DNA of 64,000 bases from a bacterium (GCA_030649135.1 JAUSGI010000008.1:96001-160000); one strand, 5' to 3'; positions 47,121 through 57,477 are shown, numbered from the stretch's first letter. Made by a program: numbers and translations. The notes: a model not told the origin generated them from the letters alone.

Positions 47121-47207
47121 TGGTGCGCCGGGCAGGATTCGAACCTGCGTAGACCAAAGGTCGAGGGATTTACAGTCCCTTGCGATTGACCGCTCCGCCA
47201 CCGACGC
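47121..47207 (-). tRNA. tRNA-Tyr(GTA), type II, CCA encoded
   Basis: Acceptor GCGTCGG/CCGGCGC, anticodon stem AGGGA/TCCCT, loop CTGTAAA, long variable arm, T-loop TTCGAAT, A + CCA. Confidence 0.85.
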
Positions 47208-47215
47208 AATAACCA

Positions 47216-47455
47216 TCAATTTATCAGTTTTTTCAAACCATTGCCACCTTTGTAAGATTTGATCTTCTTTTCTCTCTCAAAAGCTTCTTGTTGTCCCTCG
47301 AACAATTCCAAATGGACTATTTCCCACGGACAGCCAAGTTTTGTAGATAAATTTTGACCTTTATTATGTTCCTTCAGCCTCCTTTTATAATTATTTGAGC
47401 ACCCTATATAATATTTTCTATTCTTTTTGCTCTGAAGAATATATACATGCCACAT
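47216..47455 (-). CDS. GIY-YIG nuclease-superfamily protein (YhbQ/UPF0213-like)
   Basis: HVYILQS...KYYIGCSNNYKRRLKEHNKG matches the GIY-(x10)-YIG and R/E motifs. It ends 8 nt before tRNA-Tyr. Confidence 0.75.
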   Translation of the reverse strand: MWHVYILQSKKNRKYYIGCSNNYKRRLKEHNKGQNLSTKLGCPWEIVHLELFEGQQEAFEREKKIKSYKGGNGLKKLIN

Positions 47456-47471
47456 GTCCGTGCGATTGATT

Positions 47472-47523
47472 CCGCCCCGCCTCGGCGGGGCAAGCTCCGC
47501 CTTTACCCCGCTGTGGCGGGGAC
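47472..47523. repeat. pair of GC-rich palindromes (CCCCGCCtcGGCGGGG, CCCCGCtgtGGCGGGG); member of a recurring element family
   Basis: Shares extended similarity (TACCCCGCT..., GGCGGGGCAAG) with 54349-54391 and 14484-14533. Confidence 0.45.
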
Positions 47524-47575
47524 CGACACGATGGGGCTATTCTAATCGAAATCTGACGGACTTGCAAAAATACTT

Positions 47576-50251
47576 CTATTTCAGCGCAGGTTCTCTGCTT
47601 GATACAACTGTACTCACATGACCCGAGCGTTTGCTCCTCTTAATATCGAAAGTAAATTGGCCATCTTTCACATCAACCGAAACCGTACCACCGGAAAGCA
47701 CTTTATTGGATATCATCATGGAAGCCACCGGGTTCAGAATTTTTTCCTGAATCAGACGCTTCAGGGGTCTTGCTCCGTACTGTGGATTATAACCTTCTGC
47801 GGCCAAGAGTTCCGACACCGACTCCATGACCGAAAGGTTGATTTCCTTTTCTGCGAGACGCTTCTTAATGATATCGATTTGGATATTAACAATTTCTTTG
47901 ATTGCCTCCTTGGAGAGTATGTCGAAGATAATAATATCGTCAAGACGGTTGAGAAATTCCGGTCGGAAATGCTCTTTGAGGGTCGAGAGCACTTTCTCTT
48001 TAACACCCTCGTAAGTTTCCTTCTCGCCACTGTTGAAGCCGATGGATTGCATCTTGTCTATGTATTGGGCACCAATGTTTGAGGTCATGATGATGACCGT
48101 GTTTTTGAAATTAATAACCCTACCCTTGGCATCGGTCAGACGACCATTATCGAGGATTTGCAATAAAATGTTAAACACCTCCGGATGCGCCTTCTCAATC
48201 TCATCGAAAAGGATGACCGAATATGGCCTGTGTCGCACAGACTCGGCAAAACTGGAACCTTCTTCGAAGCCGACGTATCCCGGTGGCGCGCCAATCAGTT
48301 TGGAGACGGAATGCTTTTCCATAAACTCCGACATATCTACGCGGATGAGTGCCCGTTCATCGTCAAACATAAATTCCGCCAAGGCCTTAGTCAGCTCGGT
48401 CTTACCCACCCCAGTCGGACCAAGAAAGATGAAAGAACCGATAGGACGATTGGGGTCGGAGATACCGGCGCGCGAACGCTTGACGGTGTCAGCAATCTTT
48501 TTGACTGCCTCGCCTTGACCGACAATACGCTTCTTGAGGAATTCTTCCATTCGGGAAAGTTTGGCCGCTTCTTCTTCAAGCATTCTGGAAACCGGGATAC
48601 CGGTCCACCGACTGACTACCAGCGCGATATCGGGTGCGGTAATTTCTTCTTTCAGAATGCTCCTGGAACTTTGAAGTTTTTTCAGACGCTTGGCTTTGGC
48701 TTCTAATTCTTTCTCCAGACCCGGTATCTGGCCGTATCGAAGTTCCGCCGCGCGGGAAAGGTCGGCGCGTGCCTCCGCCGCTTCGGCCTCAAGTCGCAGA
48801 GTTCCCAGAGTTTTTTTAATCTCCTTGATTTCCCCTACCGTTTCTTTCTCATTTTTCCACTTCAACTCTATCTCCGAAGTCTTCTCGCGCAAATCGGCAA
48901 TATCTTTGTCAATAACTTTCAGTCGTGCTTTCACTTTAGGGTTCCCGGACTCTTTCTTAAGTGCTTCCTTCTCGATATCTAACTTCATAATCTTGGAGTG
49001 GGCATCCTGAAGCACCGGCGGCATATTCTCGAGAGAAATTTTGAGAAACGAAGATGCCTCGTCTATAAGGTCTACCGCTTTATCCGGCAAAAACCTGTCA
49101 GTGATATAACGCGAAGAGAGATTAACGGCTGCTTGGATAGAATCATCGGTAATACGCACCCCATGATAGAGTTCGTACCTTTCTTTCAATCCACGCAAGA
49201 TGGTCACGGCATCATCGATAGAAGGTTCCTGAACATAAACGGGCTGGAAACGGCGGGTCAAAGCCGGGTCTTTCTCGATATGTTTCTGATATTCACGCAG
49301 AGTTGTGGCACCAATAGCCCGTAGTTCCCCTCGAGCGAGTGAAGGTTTGAGCATATTGGAGGCATCCATAGCCCCTTCCGCGGCACCGGCGCCGACGATG
49401 GTATGAATTTCATCTATAAACAGAACAATTTTGCCTTCCGATTTTTCGATTTCTTTAATGATATTTTTGAGCCGCTCTTCAAATTCGCCGCGGTACTTGG
49501 TGCCGGCAATCAAGAGTCCGATATCGAGAGACACCAATTCCTTATCCCGCAGAGATTCCGGGACGTTGCCGCTTGCCATGCGTAGTGCCAGTCCTTCGGC
49601 AATGGCAGTCTTACCGACGCCCGCTTCACCGATGAGAATCGGATTATTTTTGGTACGGCGGGAAAGAATTTGGATAATGCGCGAGATTTCATCATCGCGA
49701 CCAATAACCGGGTCGAGTTTATTTGCCTTGGCAAGCATGGTTAGGGAACGGGTGTATTTGGAAAGAGATTTATATTTCTTCGATTCTTTCGGCTCGGTGG
49801 GGCTGGTCTTTTTCAGTTCCTCAAGCACCTTTAGAATTGTTTGTCTGTCGATTTTAAATTTTAAAAGAAGTTCACGCGCTTCTCCCGGAACATCGAGTAC
49901 CGCGATAAATAGATGCTCGGTGGAAACAAATTCATCTCCCAGAGATTGGGCCACCTTGTTACTCGACTCGATAGTATGAGCCAGTTCCGGGGTGAGATAA
50001 ATCTGGTAGGAGGGCGAGATGGTCTGACTAGTCTCGGAATTTTCTATGGTATCGAGCACCGAATCGGTCAGGAGAATGGTATCGACATCCATCTTGTCCA
50101 AAATAGAAATGGCCATGCTCTCCTCCTGTAGCAAAAGAGCAGCCAAAAGATGCATGGGGTTGACGTGATTCTGGCCACGCTCAATAGCCAGCTCATGGGC
50201 CTTCCTTATAACCTCTTTTGCCTTAGTGGTGAAGTGGGCAAATGGCTGCAT
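47576..50251 (-). CDS. clpB: chaperone ClpB
   Basis: Two intact AAA+ modules, middle coiled-coil, 891 aa. Confidence 0.97.
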   Translation of the reverse strand: MQPFAHFTTKAKEVIRKAHELAIERGQNHVNPMHLLAALLLQEESMAISILDKMDVDTILLTDSVLDTIENSETSQTISPSYQIYLTPELAHTIESSNKVAQSLGDEFVSTEHLFIAVLDVPGEARELLLKFKIDRQTILKVLEELKKTSPTEPKESKKYKSLSKYTRSLTMLAKANKLDPVIGRDDEISRIIQILSRRTKNNPILIGEAGVGKTAIAEGLALRMASGNVPESLRDKELVSLDIGLLIAGTKYRGEFEERLKNIIKEIEKSEGKIVLFIDEIHTIVGAGAAEGAMDASNMLKPSLARGELRAIGATTLREYQKHIEKDPALTRRFQPVYVQEPSIDDAVTILRGLKERYELYHGVRITDDSIQAAVNLSSRYITDRFLPDKAVDLIDEASSFLKISLENMPPVLQDAHSKIMKLDIEKEALKKESGNPKVKARLKVIDKDIADLREKTSEIELKWKNEKETVGEIKEIKKTLGTLRLEAEAAEARADLSRAAELRYGQIPGLEKELEAKAKRLKKLQSSRSILKEEITAPDIALVVSRWTGIPVSRMLEEEAAKLSRMEEFLKKRIVGQGEAVKKIADTVKRSRAGISDPNRPIGSFIFLGPTGVGKTELTKALAEFMFDDERALIRVDMSEFMEKHSVSKLIGAPPGYVGFEEGSSFAESVRHRPYSVILFDEIEKAHPEVFNILLQILDNGRLTDAKGRVINFKNTVIIMTSNIGAQYIDKMQSIGFNSGEKETYEGVKEKVLSTLKEHFRPEFLNRLDDIIIFDILSKEAIKEIVNIQIDIIKKRLAEKEINLSVMESVSELLAAEGYNPQYGARPLKRLIQEKILNPVASMMISNKVLSGGTVSVDVKDGQFTFDIKRSKRSGHVSTVVSSREPALK

Positions 50252-50256
50252 TGGCG

Positions 50257-51228
50257 CTATTTTACCACGGACGTGGCAATTCTACAAAATATTTTGGCGG
50301 CTCGCCTCACATCACTTGCGGTTGTGAAGCGGCCGAAAGAGAAACGCACCGGAGTATCGGGTGGTTCGGGCTTGTAAGAGTTACAGGCGGGACCGGCGGA
50401 GACCATGACACCCTGCCGATCGAGGGCAAGCACCAGATATTCAGGGAGAATGCCCGGCACGAAAACATGCACGATATTGGGCAGGCTCCGAGTGACAAGC
50501 GCCTGAGGCAGGGAACGCTCAATAGCTTCCACAAATCCGGCACTTAATGATTCCAGACGTATGCGCTCCGCTTCTCTATCGCGTACGGCAATCTCAAGCG
50601 CCTTAGCGAAACCTGCAATCAGCGGCACAGGAAGCGTTCCTTGAGGTGGTATAGCGAGTTTTACTCCTTTCCTTACGACCAAGGCGCCGATGCCTTTGGG
50701 CCCATAAAGCTTGGCTGAATCAAGCGTGAGGATATCACAGGCAAGAACTTCAAGCCCGACGGGGAAATAATTCGCAGTCTGCGAGGCATCAACATGAAGA
50801 AGCGGATATTCGGAATTGTTCTTTTTCCTTTCTTCGCGAATCGCGCGACCCCGTTTATTATCAGTCGTAATACTTGAGACAAGAGTAATCTCCGGACCGC
50901 CAATATCTTTTGCTGCTTCAAAGACAGACGGATGGCTCTCGGCATCAATGACAATCTGTCCCGGCTTTACACCACGAATTGCCAAGACATTGGACTCCGT
51001 CCCACCGGAGGTGAAGATGACCGACTCTTTTCCAACCCCCAGTATCTTCGCGATATTGGCGCGACAATATTCAACTGCTTCTTTGACTCTCTCGCCTTCT
51101 TCGTATATCGCCGAAGAATTGTAGAAATCTTTAGACCAATATTGCTCCATCACACGTCTCACTTCCGGCAAGACCGGGGTAGCGGAAGCATAGTCAAGAA
51201 AAATCCTTTTTGGTTTAAACCAATTCAT
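50257..51228 (-). CDS. class V aminotransferase / cysteine desulfurase-like protein (short)
   Basis: IFLDYASATPV, TSGGTESN, DSAKLYGPKG. 323 aa, shorter than IscS. Confidence 0.75.
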   Translation of the reverse strand: MNWFKPKRIFLDYASATPVLPEVRRVMEQYWSKDFYNSSAIYEEGERVKEAVEYCRANIAKILGVGKESVIFTSGGTESNVLAIRGVKPGQIVIDAESHPSVFEAAKDIGGPEITLVSSITTDNKRGRAIREERKKNNSEYPLLHVDASQTANYFPVGLEVLACDILTLDSAKLYGPKGIGALVVRKGVKLAIPPQGTLPVPLIAGFAKALEIAVRDREAERIRLESLSAGFVEAIERSLPQALVTRSLPNIVHVFVPGILPEYLVLALDRQGVMVSAGPACNSYKPEPPDTPVRFSFGRFTTASDVRRAAKIFCRIATSVVK

Positions 51229-51291
51229 CCCGCCATTCTATAGATACAAAGTGTTTTTGCAACATATTTGTGATAAGGTTATAACCTAATT

Positions 51292-52800
51292 ATGGCTAAA
51301 CTAGAACCCAAAAAAGATAAAGACTCTCGCCCACCGGTGGTGGCCATTTTGGGGCACATCGACCACGGCAAGTCGACTCTTATTGACTACATCAGAAAAA
51401 CTAACGTGACAGGCTCGGAAGCGGGAGGCATCACTCAACACACAAGTGCTTATGAGGTTACCCACACTTCAAAAGACGGCCGAAGCAGGCGTATTACTTT
51501 TCTTGACACTCCCGGACACGAAGCTTTCTCGAGCATTCGCACCCGTTGCGCCAATGTAGCCGACATCGCTGCGCTCATCGTAAGCGCGGAAGACGGAGTT
51601 AAACCCCAAACTCTGGAAGTGTTCAAACATATCAAGGAGTGCGCCTTGCCTTACATGGTGGTTATTACCAAGATTGATAAGCCTTCAGCCAATGTCTTGC
51701 GCACCAAACAAAATCTGGCGGAAAACGAAATTTATGTTGAAGGCTATGGTGGCGACACACCGGTAGTGGAACTGTCTGCGACAACAGGTCAAGGGGTGGA
51801 CGAATTCTTGGACATGATTGGTTTGATGACAGAACTCGAAGAAAAAACGGCCGACCGAGACGCGCTCGGCTCCGGGGTGATTATCGAGAGCCGGTGCGAC
51901 GCCAAAAGAGGCATTACCGCGGTGGGTATTATCAAGGATGGCACGGTGCGCCCGGGTCTATTTGCCGCTACTTTAGGAACCATTGCCCCGATACGCTTCC
52001 TCCTCGATGCGGAAGAAAATGCGGTGGATGAACTCTCCTTCTCAAGTCCGGTACAAATTGTTGGTTGGGACAAAATGCCAACCATCGGAGAAGAGTTCAA
52101 AACATTTCTAAAGAAAGAAGACGCACTCGCCTATGCCGAAAAAAGAAAAAGTGAATCGGTTGAAAGCAAATCGGAACCAAAAGTGATGGAGGGCATGTCT
52201 ATCTTGCCTCTAATCATCAAGGCGGATACTGCCGGAAGTCTCGAAGTTATCAAGAGCGAACTTGGCAAACTCACCCGAGAAAGAATAACACCGAAAGTCG
52301 TTCTATCAAGCGTGGGAAGTGTGAACGAAAATGACGTCAAATCGGCGCTGGCCACAGCCGGTGCCGTGATTATCGGCTTCAATGCCAAAGTAGATTCGCA
52401 GGCTATGGCTCTGGCGGAACGTTCCGGTATTACAATACTCGGCTTCAACATTATTTATGAATTGACAGATAAAGTGAAGGAACTACTTACTGAAAAAGAA
52501 CCGAGAATAGAAGTGGAAGAAATAATGGGTACCGTCAAAGTGTTAAAATTGTTCGGTATCACCAAAGGTAAGCAGGTTATCGGCGGGCGAGTGCTCTCTG
52601 GTCAACTTAAACGCGGTGCCATTGTGAAAATCATCAGGCGTGAAGCGGAAATAGGTACCGGCAGGGTGAAGGAGCTCCAACAGTCTAAGATTACGACCGA
52701 TACCGTGAGCGAAGGCACTGAATTCGGCGCCATGATTGAATCCAAGATAGAAGTGGCACCCGGCGACGTACTTAATGCGGTAGTTATGGTTACCAAATGA
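51292..52800 (+). CDS. infB: translation initiation factor IF-2 (short, G-domain onward)
   Basis: [31 protein letters not shown]. Confidence 0.95.
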   Translation: MAKLEPKKDKDSRPPVVAILGHIDHGKSTLIDYIRKTNVTGSEAGGITQHTSAYEVTHTSKDGRSRRITFLDTPGHEAFSSIRTRCANVADIAALIVSAEDGVKPQTLEVFKHIKECALPYMVVITKIDKPSANVLRTKQNLAENEIYVEGYGGDTPVVELSATTGQGVDEFLDMIGLMTELEEKTADRDALGSGVIIESRCDAKRGITAVGIIKDGTVRPGLFAATLGTIAPIRFLLDAEENAVDELSFSSPVQIVGWDKMPTIGEEFKTFLKKEDALAYAEKRKSESVESKSEPKVMEGMSILPLIIKADTAGSLEVIKSELGKLTRERITPKVVLSSVGSVNENDVKSALATAGAVIIGFNAKVDSQAMALAERSGITILGFNIIYELTDKVKELLTEKEPRIEVEEIMGTVKVLKLFGITKGKQVIGGRVLSGQLKRGAIVKIIRREAEIGTGRVKELQQSKITTDTVSEGTEFGAMIESKIEVAPGDVLNAVVMVTK

Positions 52801-53117
52801 GAGAAATCAAAAAGGAAAAGATAGGAGCAATGATTCACCGTCTGGCGGCGGAATTTGTGCGAGACGAAGCAAGTGGCGCATCGCTTCTGACTATTACCCG
52901 CGTTGAGCTTTCCCCAACCGGCAAAGAAGCAAAAATATTTTTTACCACCCTTCCCGAAAGCGAGGAGGATACGGCTTTGAAATTTTTAATAAGAAAAACT
53001 CCGGAGTTTAAAAGATACGTGAGAGACGAATCCCGCATTGGTTTAATACCCCATATCGATTTCAAAATAGACTACGGCGAACGCAACCGCCAGAGACTGG
53101 ACGAGTTAAGTAAGTAG
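52797..53117 (+). CDS. rbfA: ribosome-binding factor A
   Basis: RLAAEFVRDE...LLTITRVELSPTGKEAKIFFT; overlaps the infB stop. Confidence 0.85.
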   Translation: MREIKKEKIGAMIHRLAAEFVRDEASGASLLTITRVELSPTGKEAKIFFTTLPESEEDTALKFLIRKTPEFKRYVRDESRIGLIPHIDFKIDYGERNRQRLDELSK

Positions 53118-54008
53118 ATATTTCAACAGAGCCATTCTGATTGTCACTCCATATTTGGCTTGTTTGAAGTAAACTGCCTTGGGAGACTTATCAACCTCAA
53201 GGAGAATCTCGTCTACTCTTGGCAGTGGGTGCATAATAATCGACTTGGCTTTCATTCGAGCCACTAATTCAGCATCTATTCGGTAACACCCTTTGAATTT
53301 TTTATAATCCTTTTCACTCTTAAATCGCTCCTTTTGAATCCGCGTCTGGTACAGAACATCAACTTTGGGGATAATTGATTCCCAATCTTCAATTTCTTGA
53401 TATGGAATACCGTGTTTATTTAAATAAGCTTTAATATCTTCTCCCACTCGAAGAGCTTTGGGCGATACGAAAAATATTGTGATATTTTGGAACTTTCCCA
53501 ATAGATACGCCAGCGAGCGAATAGTCCGGCCATGCTTTAGGTCTCCGACCATGGCTATGCTAATGCCGTCAATTCTGCCGAGCTCTTTTTTAATCGTGTA
53601 AAGGTCCAGAAGTGCCTGCGTTGGATGTTGTCCAGTCCCATCACCCGCGTTAATTATAGGAACACGGGAAACTCGGGCGGCGCGTTCCGAAGCTCCATTT
53701 TCGTAATGACGAAGCACTATAACATCAGCATAATTACTGATGACTCTGACGGAGTCCTCGAGAGTCTCACCTTTCACGGCCGAAGAAAATTTATCGGCGT
53801 TGTCGGTGGTAATGACGCTGCCGCCCAGTCGCAACATGGCTGATTCAAAAGAAAACCGAGTTCTGGTACTTGGTTCGTAAAAGAGCGAGGCCATGATCTT
53901 GCCTCGTAAGGAATTCTCGGTTTTCTTTTCTAACCCATCCGCAATCGAGAAAATTTTATTAATGAACCTTTTATCAAACTGTTGAGATTTGACGATATGA
54001 TTCATCAA
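53106..54008 (-). CDS. pyrB: aspartate carbamoyltransferase catalytic subunit
   Basis: STRTR, HPTQ, HPLP motifs; 300 aa. HPLP points to ATCase rather than OTCase. Confidence 0.8.
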   Translation of the reverse strand: MMNHIVKSQQFDKRFINKIFSIADGLEKKTENSLRGKIMASLFYEPSTRTRFSFESAMLRLGGSVITTDNADKFSSAVKGETLEDSVRVISNYADVIVLRHYENGASERAARVSRVPIINAGDGTGQHPTQALLDLYTIKKELGRIDGISIAMVGDLKHGRTIRSLAYLLGKFQNITIFFVSPKALRVGEDIKAYLNKHGIPYQEIEDWESIIPKVDVLYQTRIQKERFKSEKDYKKFKGCYRIDAELVARMKAKSIIMHPLPRVDEILLEVDKSPKAVYFKQAKYGVTIRMALLKYLLT

Positions 54009-54041
54009 TAGGCTATTATAACCTACCCATAGTTAATATAG

Positions 54042-54112
54042 TGCGAGATGCGAGAATCGAACTCGCGCCCGATGCTTGGGAAGCACCAGTTCTGCCACTA
54101 AACTAATCTCGC
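54042..54112 (-). tRNA. tRNA-Gly(CCC)
   Basis: GCGAGAT.../ATCTCGC, D-stem GTTT/GAAC, anticodon stem GGTGC/GCATC, loop TTCCCAA. Confidence 0.8.
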
Positions 54113-54113
54113 A

Positions 54114-54200
54114 TGGTGCCCGGGGTGGGCATCGAACCCACACGACCTTGCGGTCACGAAATTTTAAGTCTCGCGCGTATACCAATTCCGCCACCCGGGC
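54114..54200 (-). tRNA. tRNA-Leu(TAA), type II, CCA encoded
   Basis: GCCCGGG/CCCGGGC, loop CTTAAAA, long variable arm, A + CCA. Confidence 0.82.
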
Positions 54201-54275
54201 TGGAGGCGTAGGCGGGAATCGAACCCGCGCATATCGGTTTTGCAGACCGCCGCGTTTCCACTTCGCCACTACGCC
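54201..54275 (-). tRNA. tRNA-Cys(GCA), CCA encoded
   Basis: GGCGTAG/CTACGCC, loop CTGCAAA, discriminator U + CCA. Directly abuts tRNA-Leu. Confidence 0.72.
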
Positions 54276-54348
54276 ATTGTCCAGCTAACTAACTTTTATA
54301 CATTATCATAATTGATAAATCATTGCTTTTTTGAAATACTGTACTCTT

Positions 54349-54391
54349 ATACCCCGCTTCACCCCGCCATGGCGGGGCGAGACGGGGCAAG
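54349..54391. repeat. GC-rich palindromic element (CCCCGCCATGGCGGGG) in the divergent tRNA promoter/leader region
   Basis: Family member; see 47472-47523. Confidence 0.45.
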
Positions 54392-54464
54392 CGCGCCTAT
54401 AGCTCAGCTGGTAGAGCAGATCCCTCTTAAGGATAAGGTCGCAGGTTCGATCCCTGCTGGGCGC
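54392..54464 (+). tRNA. tRNA-Lys(CTT)
   Basis: GCGCCTA TAGCTCAGCTGGTAGAGCA, loop CTCTTAA, variable AGGTC, T-loop TTCGATC. Confidence 0.85.
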
Positions 54465-54466
54465 AC

Positions 54467-54547
54467 TGGGCGGGTGGTGAAATGGTAGACACGCCAGTTT
54501 TAGGAACTGGTGCCGCAAGGCATGGAGGTTCAAGTCCTCTCCCGCCC
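54467..54547 (+). tRNA. tRNA-Leu(TAG), type II
   Basis: GGGCGGG/CCCGCCC, anticodon stem CCAGT/ACTGG, loop TTTAGGA, long variable arm. Confidence 0.8.
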
Positions 54548-54616
54548 ACAACAACATCTTTCCTTTTCTTCGATTTTTTGCTAAAATCAGCGATATAGTT
54601 AATCTAACAAAATAAT

Positions 54617-55555
54617 ATGAATCACCAAAAAGGGTTTATCAATATAGTGTATACGGTAGTAGTAGTTGCTCTGCTTATTGGAGCGGGAGCATACCTTACC
54701 ATCCGACAAATCAATAAACCGTATATTTCCCCTACCGCCACCACTACTCCTCCAGGCGCCACCACTACTCCTCCTACTCCACCGCCACCACCCGCACCAG
54801 GAGTTTGTACTGCCGATGTCAAACAATGTCCTAACGGCACTTACGTAAGCCGAAGTGGTCCTAATTGCACCTTCGCCGCTTGTCCATCTTCTTTGCCACA
54901 ACCACAATTCCAGCTCATCTCTATGCGTGAAGGAGAACGGGAAAGTTCGTTCCTGCTGGAAAGAATTTATACAGACCGCGTGACTGGTCTTAATTTCGGA
55001 GAATATCCGGTAGCGATGGAACAGGGCAATCCAGTCACTTTGCGTCTCGGTGAAGTCGTAAGCAACGGTTGTACTGTCACACTCACGCTTACCAAAATTG
55101 AAGGAAATGTCGCTACGTTTAGCAAGAAAACAGATTCCAGTCAGATTTGCCCGATTTGTCTTGCTCGCAATACGTTAATCGATACTCCTTCTGGTACAAT
55201 TCCCGTACAAGATTTGGAAAAAGGCATGGCTATTTGGACTCTAAACCGATTAGGCGAGCGTATCTCCGCTATTGTCGTAGAAACTACGAGAACTCCTGTA
55301 CCCCCGACCCATCAAGTGATTCATCTTGTTCTTAATGATGGCCGAGAAGTATTCGTATCCGGAGGACACCCAGTTACCAATGGGCAAAAAGTACAAGACC
55401 TCTTGGTCGGTGAAGTTTATGACGGCTCTTATGTATCGAGTGTAGAATCTATCCCCTACCGCGAGCAGGCTACATATGATGTCTTACCATCAGGCGAGAC
55501 CGGGTTCTATTGGGCTAACGGCATCTTACTTGACAGCACACTGAATCATAAGTGA
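54617..55555 (+). CDS. secreted/membrane-anchored protein with pilin-like leader (MNHQKGFINI + TM), Pro/Thr linker, Cys-rich module and C-terminal Hint (Hedgehog/intein-like) domain
   Basis: Hint block A: CLARNTLIDTPSGTIPVQDLEKG. Hint block B/G: VFVSGGHPV and TYDVLPSGETGFYWANGILLDST. The leader is shared with the 1098-1358 product. Confidence 0.7.
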   Translation: MNHQKGFINIVYTVVVVALLIGAGAYLTIRQINKPYISPTATTTPPGATTTPPTPPPPPAPGVCTADVKQCPNGTYVSRSGPNCTFAACPSSLPQPQFQLISMREGERESSFLLERIYTDRVTGLNFGEYPVAMEQGNPVTLRLGEVVSNGCTVTLTLTKIEGNVATFSKKTDSSQICPICLARNTLIDTPSGTIPVQDLEKGMAIWTLNRLGERISAIVVETTRTPVPPTHQVIHLVLNDGREVFVSGGHPVTNGQKVQDLLVGEVYDGSYVSSVESIPYREQATYDVLPSGETGFYWANGILLDSTLNHK

Positions 55556-57474
55556 AGCAAGAAGAAAATAATATACTTGAAGGGATTGTACGCGTCACAG
55601 GTTCGGGTGTCGGCTATTTCCCTGTGCCAAATGCCGAAAATGACTTGGAAATCCAGCCGGAGAATCTAAGCGGCGCTCTGAATAGAGACAGGGTCAAAGT
55701 CGAGTCACTTCACACGGAAATCCTTGGCAGAATGCAGGCCAAAGTGGTGGATATCATAGAGCGCCATAAAACAGCCTTTGTGGGCACTCTGGAGAAGGCC
55801 GACGAGGGATTTTTCCTCGTGCCGGACGACAAGCGTATGTATCGGGATATTTTCGTACCAGAAGATAAAGTGCTGAAGGCCAAAGAGGGGGACAAAGTCC
55901 AAGTCAGATTGACCTTGTGGCCCGATACATCAAAGAGTCCGAAGGGAGAAGTGATTCGGGTGATAGGCCGAGCCGGTGAACACAATGCCGAAATGCTCGG
56001 TATTGTTTATGAGAGCGGGTTTGAAGTTGACTTCCCTGCCGAAGTGGAGCAAGAAGCCCAAGCATGGAAAGAAAAATACAAACAAGAAGATATGCTCAAA
56101 GACCGTAAGGACTTCCGGGAAACCACTACCTTTACCATTGACCCCGCAGATGCCAAGGACTTCGACGATGCTCTATCTTTTAAAATACTGCCAAACGGTG
56201 GCTGCGAGATTGGTATTCACATTGCGGATGTTTCTCATTTCGTAGTGGAAAAGACCGAACTCGATCGCGAGGCGCGCAACCGAGGCACTTCCATTTATCT
56301 CGTAGACCGTACTATCCCAATGCTTCCGGAAATACTTTCCAATGACCTCTGCTCCCTTAATGCCAATGAACCCAAATATGCTTTCTCGGCCGTCTTTGTG
56401 ATAGATAAAGAAGCCAAAGTCAAAGAACGCTGGTTCGGTAAAACACTCATCAAATCCGATAAGCGCTTCACCTACGAAGAAGCCCAAGAAATTATGGACC
56501 AGGATAAGGGAATATTTGCCGAAGAGCTTAAAACTTTGAATGCGCTCGCCAAAAAACTTCGTGAAGAGAGATTTAGAAATGGCGCCATTGATTTTGAAAC
56601 CGATGAAGTGAAGTTTGAACTTGACGATTTGGGCAAACCCATCCGAGTGTACAAGAAGGCGCGTAAAGATACCCAAAAACTCATAGAAGAATTCATGCTG
56701 TTGGCTAATCGCGAGGTAGCCACCCATATGCATACCGCTAATGATAAGAACAGCCGTGCCGCCTTCGTCTACCGCATTCACGATGCGCCGGACAGAGAAA
56801 AAATTGTGAACCTTGCCACTTTTGTCAAAGCTCTTGGCTTCGAGCTCAAGAATAAAGATGGAGAAACTACCGGTAGCGACATCGCCCGGATGTTAAGTTC
56901 GGTGGGTGGCACTCCCGCGGAAATGCTTATAAAAACTGCCGCTATCAGGTCAATGTCGAAAGCCATATATTCCACTTCCAACATCGGCCATTTTGGACTC
57001 GCTTTCGAATACTACACTCACTTCACCTCGCCTATCCGCCGTTACCCCGACTTAATGGTTCACCGCCTGCTCCTACGCTTCTTATTGAATGGTAAAATCG
57101 AGCAAGACGAAATTATCAAATATCAAAGACTCTGTGATGACTCAAGCGAGCGCGAGCTCGAGGCGGCAGAAGCGGAACGAGCTTCTATCAAATACAAACA
57201 GGTTGAATATATGCAGGAACATATCGGTGAAGAGTTTGACGCTATAGTCTCCGGCGTTTCGGAATGGGGCATTTATGTCGAAGAGATTAATACCAAGGCG
57301 GAAGGTATGGTCAAACTACGCGACATGAAAGATGATTTCTATGAGCTGAATGAGAAACTTTATGCCATCGTGGGCAAAAAAACCGGCAAGAAATATTCCC
57401 TAGGCGATAAAATCCGAGTCAAACTCGTCGCCTCCGACCCAGAAAGAAAGACTTTAGACTTCCAGTTTGTTTAA
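55552..57474 (+). CDS. rnr: ribonuclease R (RNB family 3'-5' exoribonuclease) with S1 domain
   Basis: RNB catalytic motifs (DPADAKDFDDALS) and C-terminal S1; 640 aa. Confidence 0.93.
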   Translation: MKQEENNILEGIVRVTGSGVGYFPVPNAENDLEIQPENLSGALNRDRVKVESLHTEILGRMQAKVVDIIERHKTAFVGTLEKADEGFFLVPDDKRMYRDIFVPEDKVLKAKEGDKVQVRLTLWPDTSKSPKGEVIRVIGRAGEHNAEMLGIVYESGFEVDFPAEVEQEAQAWKEKYKQEDMLKDRKDFRETTTFTIDPADAKDFDDALSFKILPNGGCEIGIHIADVSHFVVEKTELDREARNRGTSIYLVDRTIPMLPEILSNDLCSLNANEPKYAFSAVFVIDKEAKVKERWFGKTLIKSDKRFTYEEAQEIMDQDKGIFAEELKTLNALAKKLREERFRNGAIDFETDEVKFELDDLGKPIRVYKKARKDTQKLIEEFMLLANREVATHMHTANDKNSRAAFVYRIHDAPDREKIVNLATFVKALGFELKNKDGETTGSDIARMLSSVGGTPAEMLIKTAAIRSMSKAIYSTSNIGHFGLAFEYYTHFTSPIRRYPDLMVHRLLLRFLLNGKIEQDEIIKYQRLCDDSSERELEAAEAERASIKYKQVEYMQEHIGEEFDAIVSGVSEWGIYVEEINTKAEGMVKLRDMKDDFYELNEKLYAIVGKKTGKKYSLGDKIRVKLVASDPERKTLDFQFV

Positions 57475-57477
57475 ATA

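Noticed and set aside
47105-47209. N-terminal extension of the SET-domain ORF
   Set aside because: Reads through tRNA-Tyr. SET homology starts at MLLVK.
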